Positions 25,409-37,712 of a DNA stretch of 64,000 nucleotides are shown here, one piece after another. The stretch is from assembly GCF_000143415.4 (NCBI RefSeq), contig NW_003314289.1, forward strand, positions 1,048,787 through 1,112,786, written 5' to 3'. Below the pieces are notes generated by a model. It saw nothing but the letters and a program-made list of their open reading frames with translations. It was not told the DNA's origin and searched no databases. A program made the translations under genes and the position numbers. Within the stretch, counting starts at the first letter, position 1. The number at the start of each line of letters is the position of its first letter. Source of the stretch: Selaginella moellendorffii (taxonomy: Eukaryota > Plantae > Lycopodiophyta).

Positions 25409-27405
25409 CACCAAGCCTGAATGCTAGCGTGATTATATAGTAGAGTGTGATCACTAGGAGAATAAGGATTATGTGACTCTCCATGCCTTAAACGTCTTTT
25501 AATGAGCCATCCTGAGGCTGAGGATCTTCTTCCCAGCGAAAGAAGAAGACGTGAGGCTGAGCGTCCACTAGATCTCTTATGAGGACCACAACGGAGGGCC
25601 ATCCCAGCGAAGTGGTGGCAACGAGCAAAGTCTAGGAATCCACATCATTGTATGGGGTGGAGTGCAGGCGCGCTGTGTCGCTTGTGTTGGTCTCTCCGCC
25701 TGGGCAGAGCGATGCCACACCCTGCGCTCGTGCTGGCACCTCCAATCCATCCGTGGACACCAAAGCTCTTGGTTAATAATCATTAAATTAAATTTGTTTA
25801 TGATAAGCTTTAAGAATCGGGATTTGGCTGGAATAAAGATTGGCTTCCTTGCCATACCATACATTTGAGAACATAACCTTGGTTCATTATAGTCGATGTT
25901 CTAACTTGTCTGAATGATATATGTACTTCAGGCATCTACAGCAATTCAAATGTTCAAGGACAAAGGGGCCACATTGCAATCTCAGTCCTTGATTTTTAGC
26001 AACAAGGCATGGAGAGGCTCAAGACTCTCTAATGTACAGCCCATGCATAGCAAAACGAATACAAACCTTTTGCTCTTGTACCACAATTTCTCGCATGCAC
26101 ACCATAGCCCTCACCTTGGCTCACCTCAAACCCATATTTTAATTACCACTACTGGCTCGTTATTTTTGGTTTGCTTAGATATATTTAGAATATGCTTAGA
26201 TATTCTAAGATATTCTACCATTTAACAGTTGTTATTCATTTAAATAATCTTGTATTTATAATTTATAAACATTTTAAAACCCTTTCTAGTATATTCTTTT
26301 TTATTCTATCATCTAATGGTTTTGTGTTCATAAATTACAAACATGCTTATAATTATAAACTTTATTTTGGATTAATAAGTAATAATAAAACTACTATTAA
26401 GTAAACCAAGCATTGCTACTCTCAGTTCAATGAGACAAAGTTTAAGAAATGTCATTTCTAATCAGTGTTTAATGTTAATTTTTTTATTAAAAAAGTAACC
26501 ATTTTGTTGAGGTACCCCTCTTTCTCATTGTTGCCATCTTCTGGATTTTCATAAAACCACTACAAGGAGTTAGGGTTTGGCGTTCTGTCTTTTAGGTTTT
26601 GTAACAAATTAAGAAAAAGTTAATAGTGTATTTTCCATTTGACAGAATATTCGGTCAACAGTCGTTGCTATATGTGCGGGCCCCATGAATTGCAACTCAC
26701 ACTTTTTACATACAAAATTCATATTAACCTTTAAGTTAAAAGGATCCACATTGACAAATTTGTAACAACCTCAATGGAGGAGAACTCTCAGAAGGGAGAC
26801 ACCATTCCCATCATTTCTCCTAATACACAATGATTAGCATTTTAACATTAATGTCTAATAGTATGCAAATGTCTCAATCTAGACAAGTCATTAGGTGCTA
26901 CCTTACATAAGTATATTAGAATATAAACCACTGTGATATATCAGAAACTAAATTGCATAAAAAATAATAAAATGAAAGCAAACCACGTTCACAACAAATT
27001 ATTAATACTAATGCCTCTTTTTTTAATTAAATTATTTGATTTTTAAATTGTGCTAGAGTTTATGGTTCATGCACCTAAGAAAAATGTTACTTTCTACATG
27101 AAGATGTCTACATATTTATCTATGAAGAATGAGATTAGAAATAGATAGAAATGTTTCCTTATGAGATTATAGGGTATTATTTGAATGCTTACAAATAAAA
27201 TATAAGCTTGATTCTGTTAATAAGTTTTTAAGAAAACCTTTTCTGATTTCAAAGGGTTTTTTTTAATTGTATTTTATTTGTGTCTTTTTTATTGTAAGGC
27301 TCTACTTTAAACTTCATATTCTTATTATCTTAATACAGTAGAGCTTTGCAAAATATCAACGGTATATAGTAAGAGATCTTTGTCTCCTAGCATAAAGGAT
27401 CTTAG

Positions 27406-28055
27406 TCAAACTTCACTTTCCAGGAAGGACTCGGGATTTGCCTGCTTCGCTTCCTTGTTATAGAAGAAAAAGGCCTCGGGATTAGCCTGCTTTACTTCCT
27501 TGTTATAGAAGACGAAGGACTCAGGATTTGCTTGCTTTTCTTCCCTATTTGCTTGCTTCGCTTCCTTGTTATAGAAGACGAAGGACTCTGGATTTGCCTG
27601 CTTTACTTCCTTGTTATAGAAGACGAAGGACTCGGAATTTGCCTGCTTCACTTCCTTGTTATAGAAGACGAAGGCCTCGGGATTAGCCTGCTTCACTTCC
27701 TTGTTATAGAAGACGAAGGACTCAGGATTTGCTTGCTTTTCTTCCTTATTTGCTTGCTTCGCTTCCTTGTTATAGAAGACGAAGGACTCGGGATTTGCCT
27801 GCTTCGCTTCCTTGTTATACAAGAGGATGGACTCGGGATTTGCCCGCTTCGTTTCCTTGTTATACAAGAGGATGGACTCGGGATTTGCCTGCTTTGCTTC
27901 ATTGGTGTACATTACCTCTCCAGGCACTTGCTTTTCATTGTCCTTGAGTGTACGTAGTGCTGCAGCTGCCTGAAGTACATATATCATTCAGAAAACTTAG
28001 AAGCAGAGATTGATCTCACCGTGAAACACAAGAGGACTGTAATGAGCCACGCCAT
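27406..28055 (-). CDS. Burpitide-type precursor peptide 1 (199 aa; exons 28055-28020 and 27969-27406); cores ILLY x2, FVFY x6, FFFY x1
   Basis: A 50-nt GT-AG intron joins signal peptide MAWLITVLLCFT to AAAALRTLKD. 45-bp in-frame repeats end in Tyr tetrapeptides. Divergent from the BURP gene. Confidence 0.88.
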
Positions 28056-28334
28056 GGTTTCTATGAAAATGTGGTGTTCTTGGATGTCCTTTTATAGTAA
28101 GGCTCTACTTTAAACTTCGTATTCTTATTATCTTAATACATTAGAGCTATCAAAATATCAACGCTGTATAGTAAAAGATCAGGATCTTCTTGGTCAGACG
28201 TCACTTTCCAGCAAGTTTTCAATGAAAATTTAAGTTCGTCCTTATCTCTTATACATAGAAAAATACTGAACAAGTGAAACATCACACCAACACAAGTTCA
28301 TATTATAATTATAGACTTTGCAATTCCAGAACTC

Positions 28335-29340
28335 ATGGCGGACACTTTGTTGGTTCTCATGTTCCTGGCATTATGTGTGGTAAGCTTCACGAATTTCATA
28401 ACTCTTCGAATCAAATCCAACTGATTGTGCTCTCCGCCAGGGATACTTGGAGGGATTCCAACTTCCACGCTCCATTCGTGAGAGGCTATCGCCCCTTGAC
28501 GACGCTTCAGCGCTGCACATCAAGCAGGAACTCCAAGCTTCCAGCAGGATATCACACGAGTCGTGCAAAGCCGCTGGTCTCTTGTGCGGTGATGAACATC
28601 ACTCCCTTCGTCAGCTTTTTCACCACCACCATGACCATCACGACAGGAGCGCCATGGAATCCTCCACTCGAGATCTCGCCCAGAGGACCTTCTTTCAGCT
28701 CAAGACGCTTGTTGGTGCCAAGAACATACAGTTGCCACCGCCACTGCGCTGGGACAACTCCATCCCTGTGAGTAAATTCCTTCATCCGCTACTAGAGCCT
28801 GTGCTTGCGTCCATGAATCTGTCCCAGCTCCTGTCCACCATGCACTTCTCGAGCCAGTCTCCATTCGCAGCGACGAGCAAGGATAGCCTGGAAATGTGCT
28901 CCTCCCACGGGGGGATCAAGCACGAGATCAAGGGTTGTCACGTCTCGGCAAAGTCCATCCTGGATCAGGCCTCTTCGACCCTCCACAAGCTCGAGTTGAA
29001 GTATGTGGCCAACACTCTGGAGTTTGATCCGAACGAACCATTCCAGGTGGTAGAGACGAGGGTGGTGGCTGCAGATGGATCTCTGGCCTGTCACCCCATG
29101 ACTTTCCCATTCGCCATCTTCATGTGCCACACAATACCGAACAGTCTCGTGTTGGAGGTGGATCTACTGAGAAGTTCTTCCAAGAACACGAAGCCTGCCA
29201 TGGTGAAAGTTCCTGCGGTTTGCCATATGGATACCTCTGATTTCGCGCCTTCTCATATCTCTTTTAAGATTCTTAACACCAGGCCCGGCGAGGGAGAGGT
29301 TTGTCACTGGCTTCCTACTTCTCATCTCGTGTGGTATTAA
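28335..29340 (+). CDS. Stand-alone BURP-domain protein 1 (314 aa; exons 28335-28379 and 28441-29340), candidate Cu-dependent peptide cyclase
   Basis: Signal peptide MADTLLVLMFLALCVG, FF start motif (RTFFQ), two Cys, CH-X10-CH-X30-CH-X25-CH-W and terminal HLVWY. No internal core repeats. Confidence 0.93.
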
Positions 29341-29849
29341 GCTCCAAGCCTGAATGCTAGAGTGAATATATAGTAAAGTTTGATCACAAGGAGAATAAGA
29401 ATTATGTGGCACTCCATGCCTCAACCGTCTTTTAATGAGCCAGCTTGAGACTGAGGATCTTCTTCGCAGCGAAAGAAGAAGACGTGATCGACTCCAAGCT
29501 GAGCGTCCACTAGATCTCTCATGAGGACCACAAAGGAGGGAGGGCCACAGTAATCCACATCTTTGTATGGGGCCGAGCTTGGGCCTGGTTAATAGCATTA
29601 TATTATGATTCTTCCCAGGTTTTACCAGAAGAAAGAATTGGGATTTGGCTGCTTGGATCCTTCCATACCAGAACAAAGCTTCAGGATTTGGCTTCCTTGC
29701 CATGCCAGAAGAACGACTCAGGTTTTGGGAACATAACATTTTGATAAAAAAAACCATGGCTTGGTTCATTACAGTGCAATCTCAGTCCTTGATTTCTAGC
29801 AACAACTTCAATGTACACCAAGAGAGCCTTAATATATTATACACTTTTC

Positions 29850-29985
29850 TCAACTTTGCAGATCTCAACTTTGCAGAATATCAACTTTTTAAAATCTCAA
29901 CAGATCTCAACTTTGCAGATCTCAACTTCGCAGAATATCAAGTTTTAAAATCTCAACAGATCTCATCAGAAATCAACTTTGCAGA
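29850..29985. repeat. 15-bp minisatellite (gatctcaactttgca), also at ~39265-39560, 49170-49305 and 58175-58395
   Basis: Direct tandem repeats whose copy number differs between units. Confidence 0.85.
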
Positions 29986-30164
29986 CAACGCTGTAAATTA
30001 AGAGATCCTTGTCTTCTAGCATAAATCGCAACTGGTGTCATTCAATCATCCACGTGAAACATCACTCTCCAGCAAGTTTTCAATAACACTTTTGCAGACA
30101 AAGTTTAACAATGACGTCGTACTTGTTTTGGTATATTTCTACTTTAACTATAGACTTGGACTAA

Positions 30165-30915
30165 CGCCGGACACTTGTTTGGTTCTCGTATTATGTGTAT
30201 TAAGATTGACAACTCTTACAATCAAATCAAAACGATTGTTTACGAGATTCCATCTTCCACTATGACGCTTCAGCTCTGGCTATCAAGCAAGAAATCGAAG
30301 CTTCCGGCAGGATGTGACGTGAGTCAGTCTATTGTGCAGTGATGAACATCACTCCCTTTGTCAGAAAGTGAATCATTTTCTGTACATTGGACCCAAACAT
30401 TTTTCCACTTTGCACAACTCTGTGGGGATAATAGGTTTTTGCATATTTGAAGGTAAGAGAGAGTGATTCTAAAATTTGGACATTCTTCAAACCCCGAGTG
30501 CAACCATTTCTGAAAAATCCTAAAGAATATTGAACCAAATGATGACGTCATTATTTCGCATTTTTGATTCCGGACGAACGTTTGGTGCAAGGATAACCTG
30601 GCGATGTCCCAAGTCGCCGGGATCAAGCACCAGATCAAGTCTTATCACGTCTCCACAAAGTCCACTTCGACCCTCCCAAGCTCGAGTTGGACACTCCAAA
30701 CGAATTATTCTAGGTGGTGGTGGCTGCATCGCCTGTCACCCCATACTTTCCCATTCACCATCTTCATGTGGCACACGATACGGGAGAAGTTCTTCCAAGA
30801 AGACGAAGCCTGCCACGGTGAAAGCTCCAGTGGTTTGTCTTATGATTTCGAACCTTCTCACATCTCTTTTAAGATTCTGGCCCGGCGAGGTACTTCTCAT
30901 CTCGTGTGGTATTAA
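30165..30915 (+). pseudogene. Second, degenerate BURP copy in unit 1
   Basis: GIKHQIKSYHVS, FPFTIFMWHT, PSHISFKIL and TSHLVWY; CH motifs mutated, frameshifted. Confidence 0.85.
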
Positions 30916-31233
30916 GCTCCAAGCCTGCCAGGAAATGGAATGCATGATCGAAGCAACTACATAAAATTACCTTGAGCGGTAATCCCTTGTGCGTGTGAGA
31001 TCGATCACAAGGAAAATAAAGACGTCGTTGTTCGTTTATCTCTTTGGATAGTTCCAACGCTAATCGAAAATAGATTGTGGAATAGAGTTCTCTTAGAGAG
31101 CGGCTACAAGGCAAACAAGGATAAATTTCTTCCAAGAGGTATAAATGCTTGCGCGAACCAGTCGACACCCCGTAACAGAATTAGATACGTTGTTTCTGTC
31201 AAAGTTTCATTTCACTTATTTTAGATACTTGTT

Positions 31234-32570
31234 ACTACGTGTTTGATTTCTTCACCTGTGGAAAGAAAAAAAAGATCAAACAAAGAGAAAGAAGCGAACA
31301 TTCAGTACCTTCTTCAGGTATAACTTATGGAACTTGAGCGCTTTTTGGCACGCTCGGTATGCGTCTATCTTGCCGCTCATATTGTTCAGAGCCTGCGACG
31401 CATATTGTTACCAGGGAAAATGAGGAAAAAAGGAAAAGCATTAAACTGTTCCTCACCCTCACGACTTCGTCCAGGCCTTGAATTCTCTTTATAAACTTGG
31501 ATCGTAGCACCAAGATCCCGGCTACAAAGAAAACTGCCAGGGACGGATGCTCGTTGAGGGCTCTTGGCGATCCATACTTAATGTTCCGCTTTGCAAATCT
31601 ACCTCCAGCTCTATAGTCCGGCTGTACGTTGTCAATGTGACCATCTGGGGACACCATGTAGAGAATTTGAACTCGAAAGCCCACATCATCTACAAAGAAA
31701 GAAAAGCTCGCGTGGGCGAAAGAACATAAACATTTCACAACGGTTGGACTTACCTTCCAGAGGCTGAGCGTATCAACGAACGAAAACTCCCGGCGAAAGT
31801 TAACCATGAGCATTCGAAACGCAGAAACATAGTTGCTCCCTCCAAGTGCCTCTACAAAAAAAGGTCGGCAAAGACCTTCATCTTCGAAATCCTCACCTAT
31901 AGTTCTATGAAGCTTTGGATCGACTACTCGCATGGCAGCTGCGAGGAAGGAGAGCTCCTTCTGAACCCCCATCATCTTATTCGTGCACCTGAAATTTTCC
32001 CGCTTGCCAACATCAAACGTGATAAACTTGGTACTAAGCGATATAAAATCTTGAGAAGCGCTTTGCAGAAAACGTACCACTCGACGCATCAGGCACTTGA
32101 AGCACCAAAAGGCGTCAGCCTCGTCCGGGAAAAGGAGCACCATCGGCGAGCAAAGATCGCTCATACCTTGACAGTAGCCAACCTCCTCGTCGATCCAAGC
32201 GTACACGGCCAGGATGTCCCAGAGCTTTCCCAAGTTCTTGGGATCCTCGTAAAACTCTAAAACTCTATCCGTGCGAACTACATCCAGTCCTGCAAAGCGA
32301 AAGTTATGAAAAATAATCATACCAATCTGGTGGAGGAGGACTTTCCACTGGACAATCTTTGCGCTCGGCGATGGATCCAGCACTCCATTTATTGTCTGCT
32401 CTTCAATGGATTCTGCTAATACTTGGACAGAAAGTGAAAAGCCCGAAGCAAACAAAGAAGTAACCACCTGGATTATTCTCCTCCATGGAAACTCCGTCGG
32501 CATTCATTCGCGGCGATATCACAACTTCACCACTTCCAACGGCCGCATCCATTCGTTTACACACTCTACA
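31234..32570 (-). pseudogene. TBC/Rab-GAP gene, 5'-deleted copy
   Basis: LDVVRTDR, YCQGMSDLCSP, EADAFWCF and AFRMLMVNFRREFSF; the first exons seen in units 2 and 4 are missing. Confidence 0.82.
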
Positions 32571-32669
32571 CGCTCTAAACTCTCGTTAAGTAATCGTACG
32601 AATATGCTCCATTCTTTGCTCCGGTTCGAATCGCGTAGCTAACGTTTAATTTTTTGTAACTATGTTGCC

Positions 32670-34270
32670 ATGGACAAAGCCCGATCGTGCAAAAGCCTCC
32701 CAATGGCCCAGGAGATCCACAAACGCATCCAGGCGAATCCACCACTCCACGAGAGCCTCTTTGTCTACTGTTTAACCAGTTTGGCAGTCTCGTAAATGCC
32801 CGAAGCGTGTTTGATCGCATCGAGAACAAGGATGTTTTGTCGCTGGTTCTTATGATCTGCGGCTACTCTCGCAGCGGGCAAGTTTCCAATGCAAAAGCCA
32901 TCTTTGATTCCATGCCCGAAAAGAATCTTACAAGCTGGAACGCTATGATGGCAGCATATGCCAAGAATGGGTATATGGACGAGGCAGAACTACTGTTTCA
33001 AGAGATGCCGTTTCACGATGCCGTGTCATGCAACACGCTCATAGCTGCACACTCGCAAAGAGGGAATTTGGATACTGCGAAGGAGATCTTTGATGACATG
33101 CTTTTTAAAACTCTACCATGCTGGAATGCCATGCTATCTGCATATGCCACAGGCTGGCATCTTGTACAAGCAAGACAGACATTTCACTCGATGCCTGCTC
33201 GAAATCTGATCTCTTGGACATTATTCTTAAACGCACTAATCATGGAGGATGATCTTCAAATGACTAGAAGTGTTTTAGCGAAATGCCCTGCTGGAATCTG
33301 TTTGCCTGTAACTCAGTACTTTCCGCATATGCCCGAAAGGGGAATCTTCTCGAAGCCATGCTAATCTTTGACACAATGCTCGAGAGGGATATAATCACTT
33401 ACACAAACATGCTGGAAGCTTTCATCTACAACGGTTGCCTCTTTGAAGCCAGCAATTTGTTCTCGCGGATGCCATAGCGGGATCTTGTGGCCTACACCGT
33501 AATGGAATCGGCCTATGCTCAAAAGGGCGAGCTCGAGAGAGCCGAGGCCATCTTCAACTCCATGCCGCAGCGTGATCTCGTCGCTTGGAACGCCATGATC
33601 CGGGGCTTACTCCCAACACGGCTGAGTCGAGCAAGCAAAGTTTCTCTTTGATTCCATGGCCGAGAGAAACTTGGTCTTCTGGACCTCAATGCTCACGGCT
33701 TACACAATAAGTGGCTACTTCTCGCAAGCAGAGCAAAACTCCGTCTCGTGGAATGCCATCCTTTGCATGTATGCTCAGCACGGCCATTTGAGCTCCGCAA
33801 GGAAGATTTTCGATGCCATGCCCGAGCAAGGAGTGGTATCATGGAGCGCCATGCTCGCTGCCCACGTGAGAAACTTGTCCTCTTCCCGTGCTCTCGAGCT
33901 CTTTGACGAGATGAAAGCTTTGCATTGTCCCGACGAAGCTTGCTTCTTCTCGGCTATGGTTTCGTTTGGGCAGCAAGGCTGCATCTCCAGAGCCAAGTCT
34001 TGTTTTGGTTCCATGGTGGCCGACTATGAAGTGGCGCCATCAAAGCAGCACTACTGTTGCATGGTGGATTTGCTCGTTCGATCTGGGAGAAGTTTGGAGG
34101 CCGAGGAACTTGTGTTGGCCATGCCTTTTGAGCCCAGTAACTTGGAATGGTCGTGCTTGCTGCGTGAAAGAAACTCCAGTTCGATGTTAATCACCAGAGG
34201 CAAGCATGCTTTAAGATCAAGTTCCTCGGATGGAGCGGTTTACGTGCTGCTTGCCAATGCATTAACTTGA
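32670..34270 (+). pseudogene. PLS-class PPR pseudogene
   Basis: Same sequence family as 61723-63387 but with frameshifts and a premature TAG at 33475-33477. Confidence 0.88.
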
Positions 34271-36370
34271 AAGCTAATATGAAACCTGCACATTAAAAAG
34301 ATGGGGCTTTATTTCACAATGGCACTTGAGTAAGTTTTGGTTTTGCTATTGTGCCTCTATGTATCCTTCAGTTTGGGTTGCCACACGGAAGAGGGCTGTG
34401 GTCGTTCTATGAGGCTGATGACCCCAATGCTTCTCCGCTTGCTCTTGCTCAATGGAGGTTTTTGTTTAAGATAGACGCATCTATACTAGTAATACTAGCA
34501 CCTTTATACAAAAAGATGCAAAGAAGCTAGTTATTAATATTAGTGCTTGCTTCATTGTTTCAAAAACTTGAGCGTCCACTAGATCTCTACCACAAAGGAT
34601 GGCCATCCCAGCGAAGTGGTGGCAACGAACAAAGTCTAGGAATGCTGGCACCTCCAATCCATCCGTGGACACCAAAGCTCTTGGTTAATAATCATCAAAG
34701 TAAATCCGTTTATACCCTCATTTATGATAAGCTTTTGCTCTTATACCAAAAGAAAAGAATTGGGATTTGGCTGCTCATACCAGAACAAAGCATTGGGATT
34801 GGCTTCCGTGCCAAACCATACATTTGAGAACATAACCTTAGTCGATGTTCTAACTTGTCTGAATGATATATGTACTTCAGGCATCTACAGCACTTCAAAT
34901 GCTCAAGGAGAAAGGGGCCACACTGCAATCTCAGTCCTTGATTTCTAGCAACAAGGTAATGTACGCATAGAAAAACGAATACACACCTTTTGCTCTTGTA
35001 CCACAATGGAGCCTTTCTCGCATGCACACCACAGCCCTCGGCTTCGCTCACCTCAAACCCATATTTCAATTACCACTACCCACCCTGCCCCAGGCGTGAG
35101 ATCGGGGCTGGGTTCTTTATTTTTATTATTATAGATTACTATTTTATTAAATTTTCTTAAATATCAAGAATGAACTAGCAAGAGGGATATACAATGAGAT
35201 GAAGTTTAAGAAATGTCACTCTTAAACTTTGTTTCTAATCAGTGTTTAATGTTAATTTTGGCAACTTTCTTGTTGAGGTACCTGTTGCCATCTTTTTGGA
35301 TTTTCATAAAACCGCAACGAGGAGTTAGGGGCTTGGCATTTAGCAAGCCAAGTCAAAAGGAGCCAAATTTCCTCTGTCTTTTAAGTTTTGTAGCACCCCT
35401 TTTGCATTTGCATTAGTTGTGGCTAAATGCAACACTTTACGGCTAGGCTGAATGCCCTAATGGCGCCGGTGGGCATTTTAGGCCCAGGTGGCGTGCGCTA
35501 GAGCCGTCTATTCCGCTATTTGCGCCACCTCTTGGTCACCAAGCCCTAATAAAAATTTAAAATTTAAGAAAAAGTTCATAGTGTATTTTCCATTTGACAG
35601 AATATTCTGTCAACAGTGTTGACTTGGCTCCCTATACCATGAATTGCAACTCACACTTTTTACATACAAAATTCATATTATCCTTTAAGTTAAAAGGATC
35701 CACATTGACAAATCTGTAACAGCCTCAATGGAGGAGAACTCTCACAAGGGTGACACCATTCCCCATCATTTCTCCTAATACACAATAGTTAGCATTTTAA
35801 CATTAATGTCCAATAGTAAGCAAATGTCTCAATCTAAAAAAGTCATTAAGTGCTACTTTACATATGCTAAATAGTATATTAGAATATATATTTAAAGACA
35901 AACCACTGTGATATATCAGAAACTAAATTGCATAAAAAATAATAAAATGAAAGCAAACCACGTTCACAACAAAATATTAATGCTAATGCCTCTTTTTGTT
36001 AATTAAATTATTTGATTTTAAAATTGTGCTAGAGTTTATGGTTCACTTGCTCCTAAGAAAAATGTTACTTTTTACGTGAAGATGTCTACATATTTATCTA
36101 TGAAGAATGAGATTAGAAATAGATAGAAATGTTTCCTTATGAGATTATAGGGTATTATTTGAATGCTTACAAATAAAATATAAGCTTGATTCTGTTTATA
36201 AGTTTTCAAGAAAACTTTTTCTGATTTCAAAGGGTTTTTTTTAATTGTATTTTATTTGTGTATTTTATTGTAAGGCTCTACTTTAAACTTCATATTTTTA
36301 TTATCTCAATACAGTAGAGCTTTGCAAAGTATCAGCTATATAATAAGAGATCCATAAAGGATTTTCTTAG

Positions 36371-37272
36371 TCAAACTTCACTTTCCAGGACGGACTCGGG
36401 ATTTGCCTGCTTCGCTTCCTTGTTATAGAAGACGAAGGACTCTGGATTTGCCTGCTTCACTTCCTTGTTATAGAAGACAAAGGCCTCGGGATTAGCCTGC
36501 TTTACTTCCTTGTTATAGAAGACGAAGGACTCAGGATTTGCTTGCTTTTCTTCCCTATTTGCTTGCTTCACTTCCTTGTTATAGAAGACGAAGGCCTCGG
36601 GATTTGCCTGCTTCGCTTCCTTGTTATAAAAGACAAAGGACTCAGGATTTGCCTGCTTCACTTCCTTGTTATAGAAGACGAAGGCCTCGGGATTAGCCTG
36701 CTTCACTTCCTTGTTATAGAAGACGAAGGCCTCGGGATTTGCCCGCTTCTGCTTCACTTCCTTGTTATAGAAGACGAAGGACTCAGGATTTGCTTGCTTT
36801 TCTTCCTTATTTGCTTGCTTCGCTTCCTTGTTATAGAAGACGAAGGACTCGGGATTTGCCTGCTTGGCTTCCTTGTTATAGAAGACGAAGGACTCGGGAT
36901 TTGCCTGCTTTACTTCCTTGTTATAGAAGACGAAGGCCTCGGGATTTGCCTGCTTCACTTCCTTGTTATAGAAGACGAAGGCCTCGGGATTTGCCTGCTT
37001 CACTTCCTTGTTATAGAAGACGAAGGACTCAGGATTTGCTTGCTTTTCTTCCTTATTTGCTTGCTTCGTTTCCTTGTTATAGAAGACGAAGGACTCGGGA
37101 TTTGCCTGCTTTGCTTCATTGGTGTACATTACCTCTCCAGGCACTTGCTTTTCATTGTCCTTGAGTGTACGTAGTGCTGCAGCTGCCTGAAGTACATATA
37201 TCATTCAGAAAAGTTAGAAGCAGAGATTGATCTCACCGTGAAAAACAAGAAGACTGTAATGAGCCACGCCAT
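36371..37272 (-). CDS. Burpitide-type precursor peptide 2 (283 aa; exons 37272-37237 and 37186-36371); FVFY x14
   Basis: Signal peptide MAWLITVFLFFTAAAA after splicing a 50-nt intron, upstream TATAAA on -, and 14 in-frame repeats. Confidence 0.9.
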
Positions 37273-37398
37273 GGTTTCTATCAAAATGTGGTGTTCTCGG
37301 AAGAAAAACTTAGCAGCGCGCTCGGGAAGAGGCAACTAAGGCAGCGGCAGTGGTGGAGAAGGAGGAGCTGTTCCTGGAGCCAGACTCGATTCCATGTC

Positions 37399-37408
37399 CT
37401 TTTATAGT
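37399..37408 (-). promoter_or_regulatory. TATA box of the precursor gene (CTATAAAAG on -), conserved in all four units
   Basis: cttttatag on + lies ~130 bp upstream of the precursor ATG in units 2-4 and ~40 bp upstream in unit 1, which has a UTR deletion. Confidence 0.55.
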
Positions 37409-37712
37409 AAAGCTCTTCTTTAAACTTCGTATTCTTATTATCTTAATACATTAGAGCTTTGCAATTAGTAAGAGATGTGTGTAGTAACGCTGTATAGTAA
37501 GAGATCCTTGTCTCCTAGCATAAAGGATCTTGGTCAAACGTCACTTTCCAGCAAAGTTGTTAATGAAAATTTCGTCCTTATCTCTTATACATAGAAAAAT
37601 ACTGAACAAGTGGAAACGTCACACTAGCACAAGTTCATATTATACATAGAAAAATACTGAACAAGTGGCACAAGTTCATATTATAATTATAGACTTTGCA
37701 ATTCCAGAACCT

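Noticed and set aside
27406-27900. 45-bp repeats as a CRISPR array or non-coding satellite
   Set aside because: No unique spacers, eukaryotic context, and the repeats stay in frame behind a spliced signal peptide.
27532-27957. + strand hydrophobic repeat ORFs (ICLLRFLVIEDEGLG), also at 36542-37174 and 46716-47156, and other-frame repeat ORFs
   Set aside because: Antisense shadows of the precursor repeats, with non-ATG starts and no gene signals.
27970-27987. ORF-track start MIYVLQ for the precursors
   Set aside because: This ATG lies inside the 50-nt intron; the upstream exon supplies a proper signal peptide.
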